Below the pieces are notes generated by a model that was not told the origin of the DNA, made no database searches, and saw nothing but the letters and a program-made list of their open reading frames with translations. A stretch of DNA of 64,000 bases, from positions 83,082,001 to 83,146,000 of the forward strand of contig NC_045697.1 in assembly GCF_009834535.1 (NCBI RefSeq), written 5' to 3'. Below, one piece after another: positions 61,158 through 64,000 of this stretch (positions are counted from its first letter, which is position 1; each line of letters begins with the position of its first letter). A program made the translations under genes and the position numbers. The DNA is from Camelus ferus (Eukaryota).

Positions 61158-64000
61158 GTCAGTTCATTTTGATATGTCTCTTAAGCATCCTAGTAGGTAG
61201 TTGGTGTTTCAGAGGAATGGTGAGAGCTACAGCATTAATTTGGGAACCAACAGCATAAAGCCAATTATTTAAGCAAAGGCACTGGATGAGATAATCTATG
61301 AAGAGGGTACAAATAGCAAAGAGCAGAAGGCTTAGGACCAAGCCATGGGGCATCCCAACATTTAACATCAAGCCTAGGAGTAAGGACAGACAAAGAAGAC
61401 TGACAGATGGCTAGTGCCGGAGGAGGAAAACAAAACATTCGATGAATTACAACAACCAGAAGAAAAAGACATCAAGAGGATGAAGTATAGTATATCAACG
61501 TTATCCAACAGTACGAAGTGTTCAAGTAAGATGAGAAAAATGAAACGACCTCCAGATTTGTCAACACGGGGTAATCGAAGATATTGGCAAGATCAGTTTG
61601 AGGAGAGCTTCAGGGATAATCACTTCTTATTGGAATTGGCTTAGAGGAGGATGGGAGGCAAGGAAGGGGAGGCATCTTCAAGAAAAGTGGCTCCGAAGTG
61701 GAGAAGAGAAATAAGAAAGAGAAAAATCATTGCATTAAATGATAGTCAAAGAAGGAAATATCAAGAGAGGATTGCTTGTTTATTCTTAAGATGGGCAATA
61801 TTACAGAATAATTGTATAGTGGTGTTAAGTTTCAAAAAATAATTCAAAAATGCAGTGACAGTGCACAGAAAAGACAATTTCAGAAGTGAGGCCAGATTGG
61901 TAGTCTAGTGGAAAAGTTGAAGCACACATTGCTTTCTGATTTTTAAATAGCAATTTTAAATTTTCTGAAACAAGCCTTGAGGATGCACTTTGTCAGACAA
62001 GATTTGATGTATTTGAATATCACAAATTTTAACAGATATATATCCTTGCAGTTTTGTATTTTCCTGCATGCCTAGTATGTTTTATTAAATTTATCACTAT
62101 TACCACTAAAATCCCAGCAGAAAAAACCAATTAGAAATTAAAAGTGTGGCATTAGTAACCTCCTGGCCATTAGTACTAGATGTGCTGCTTCAATTTAATC
62201 TAAGCAATTTTTCTTACCATCCATTTATCCAAATGAAATAACAGAACGAAGCATTTCCAGTGGGCCTCTTACTTTAGTGAACATGTCAAGTGGAAATGCA
62301 CATGTCTCTGTAGAAACCAGGAATACATGTCTCCTGGGCAGTCTGTGAGCACTCGTCAACTCCAACTGAGTCTATATCCATGGGCAGAACTCCAACCATG
62401 AAAGGAGTAGGAAGAATGCTTGCAAAAATGTATGTAATTTAATTAAATAAGAAATACTCATAACTACTCCTGATTCTCACCAGAGCTCAACTTTTCCCCT
62501 AAGAGTATTTTAGATAGTAGGCATTCACCTTAAAAATTTTACTGATAGTACAGCACAATAATAATTATGAATATTGTGAATATATATCATACTTTCATTT
62601 TTATAAGTTTTATTTGTTAAAAGCATTAAACTTTGACTCCATAGGCTTATCTATATCTCCTGGTTATTTGTGTAGCCAGGATATTTACTGAAAGCAAAAA
62701 CAGTAATTGCTGGATTCCTTTTAAGGCTCAAAAGAAAGTAGCTTAATTTCAAGGAAATGAAATCACAAAACCCAGAGGCTTCAAACACACACATTTTCTG
62801 GAGTTGTTTATACTCTCAGTACATCCCAAATTGAGAAGCTCAAAATATCTATCTCGGTGATATGTAATCCCTTCAATTTTATATCCCTTCATAAAACAGA
62901 GTTAAAATCTTTGTTACAATATAAGTACCTTGACAAGACAAATTTATTTCTGTTCAGCTTCTCATGTCTTTAAAATCACTAGAAAAAGAAGGGGGGGGGA
63001 TTTCTAACTTTAATCTTGTACTTAGAACTCATGCTGCCAACATCTAGGAGTAACTGTAATATTTTCTTAAGAAAAGTCACACAGATGTATCTGTGAGATT
63101 GCCAGGATCCTAAGTTTCAGTGAATGTTACATAGTCACATCTACATCAGATACTTGAAAAAAACTGACAATATTTCTCAGACCACTAGCTATAATACAAA
63201 GGAGCTTTTGTTATTTTATTGTGCCTCTTGACCTAACACCTTCACCCTTTTCCTCCTTTTGACAAAGCCTGATAATATAAAGGATTTCAAAGGGTCCAGG
63301 TGTTTGGTAGATTCCTGGATACCTTTAGATCTCAGTTTCAATATAAGGGTTTACTCTTTTACTCTAATTATCACCACTGCTGGCAGTAAACACAACTTAT
63401 GATTTTGAAAAAGGCTTTATTTAAAACCTACACCAAGAAGGCAAAAACCTGTTCAAGACATTCATGTGCATAGTACGTGATGACAGCAAAACTTCCCAAT
63501 GAGTTGTGAAACTTGATAGGACTATTTTAAAATTCTCATTGCACTATATTTCAGAGTCTGATTTTCTGAAGTTTATTGTGGGCAGACAGCTCAAAAATAT
63601 TTTGAATGTAATTTTTCTCATTTCAAAACACATGACACTCAACTCTATTTATATCCACATTAGAATACTAAATATGGACATGGATATTGACATGTGCATA
63701 TGAGTATTAACATATATCATATATATTCACAAATCTATAGCAATCATGTGGCAATATCAGCTTTGAATAATATTATTGCATTTTATTTATATGGTTATCT
63801 CCATAGAAACCCATTCAAACTATTGACATAAAAACCACTTACTGGTCTAACAATCAAAGCCCAAAAAAGCAACAAATGCTAAGTTGATTATAAATAAATA
63901 TGAGTTTCAGAAATCATAGGCATATTATGTCCATATTTAAATGTCAATCCCCATGATCTAATAATCATGTTTTAAATTAAACGGGGAAAATATGTAGTCT

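Larger units (their letters stand above)
59165..61800 (-). mobile_element. L2 (fragmented host of nested LTR, L1 and SINE)
   Basis: aaatattgtttgaatatctggctactatgtgccag...agagcttacattctag (59170-59290) and agttcattttgatatg...actggatgagat...ccaacattta...aagtaagatgag (61160-61600). Confidence 0.75.

Overview
This is AT-rich, repeat-dense mammalian non-coding DNA (intronic or intergenic). Two tRNA-Ala-derived vic-1-type SINEs point to a camelid host. I recognise no host protein-coding exon. Nearly all ORFs in the track are L1/L2/LTR fragments or chance ORFs. Much of the window is fossil transposons (L1, L2, MIR, MaLR/ERVL/ERV1 LTRs, hAT DNA elements), often nested. The outstanding feature is a ~1.05 kb insert at 3010-4057 that splits an L2 element and is flanked by a 10-bp direct repeat with one mismatch. 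On the minus strand, after frameshift correction, it reads as a decayed fragment of a segmented negative-strand RNA virus L polymerase (core lobe and motif G through motif F). It looks most like Hantaviridae L, so it is a candidate endogenous bunyavirus/hantavirus-like element in a mammalian germline. All family names and alignments were made by eye against remembered consensus sequences and need database confirmation. Boundaries of old repeats are approximate.
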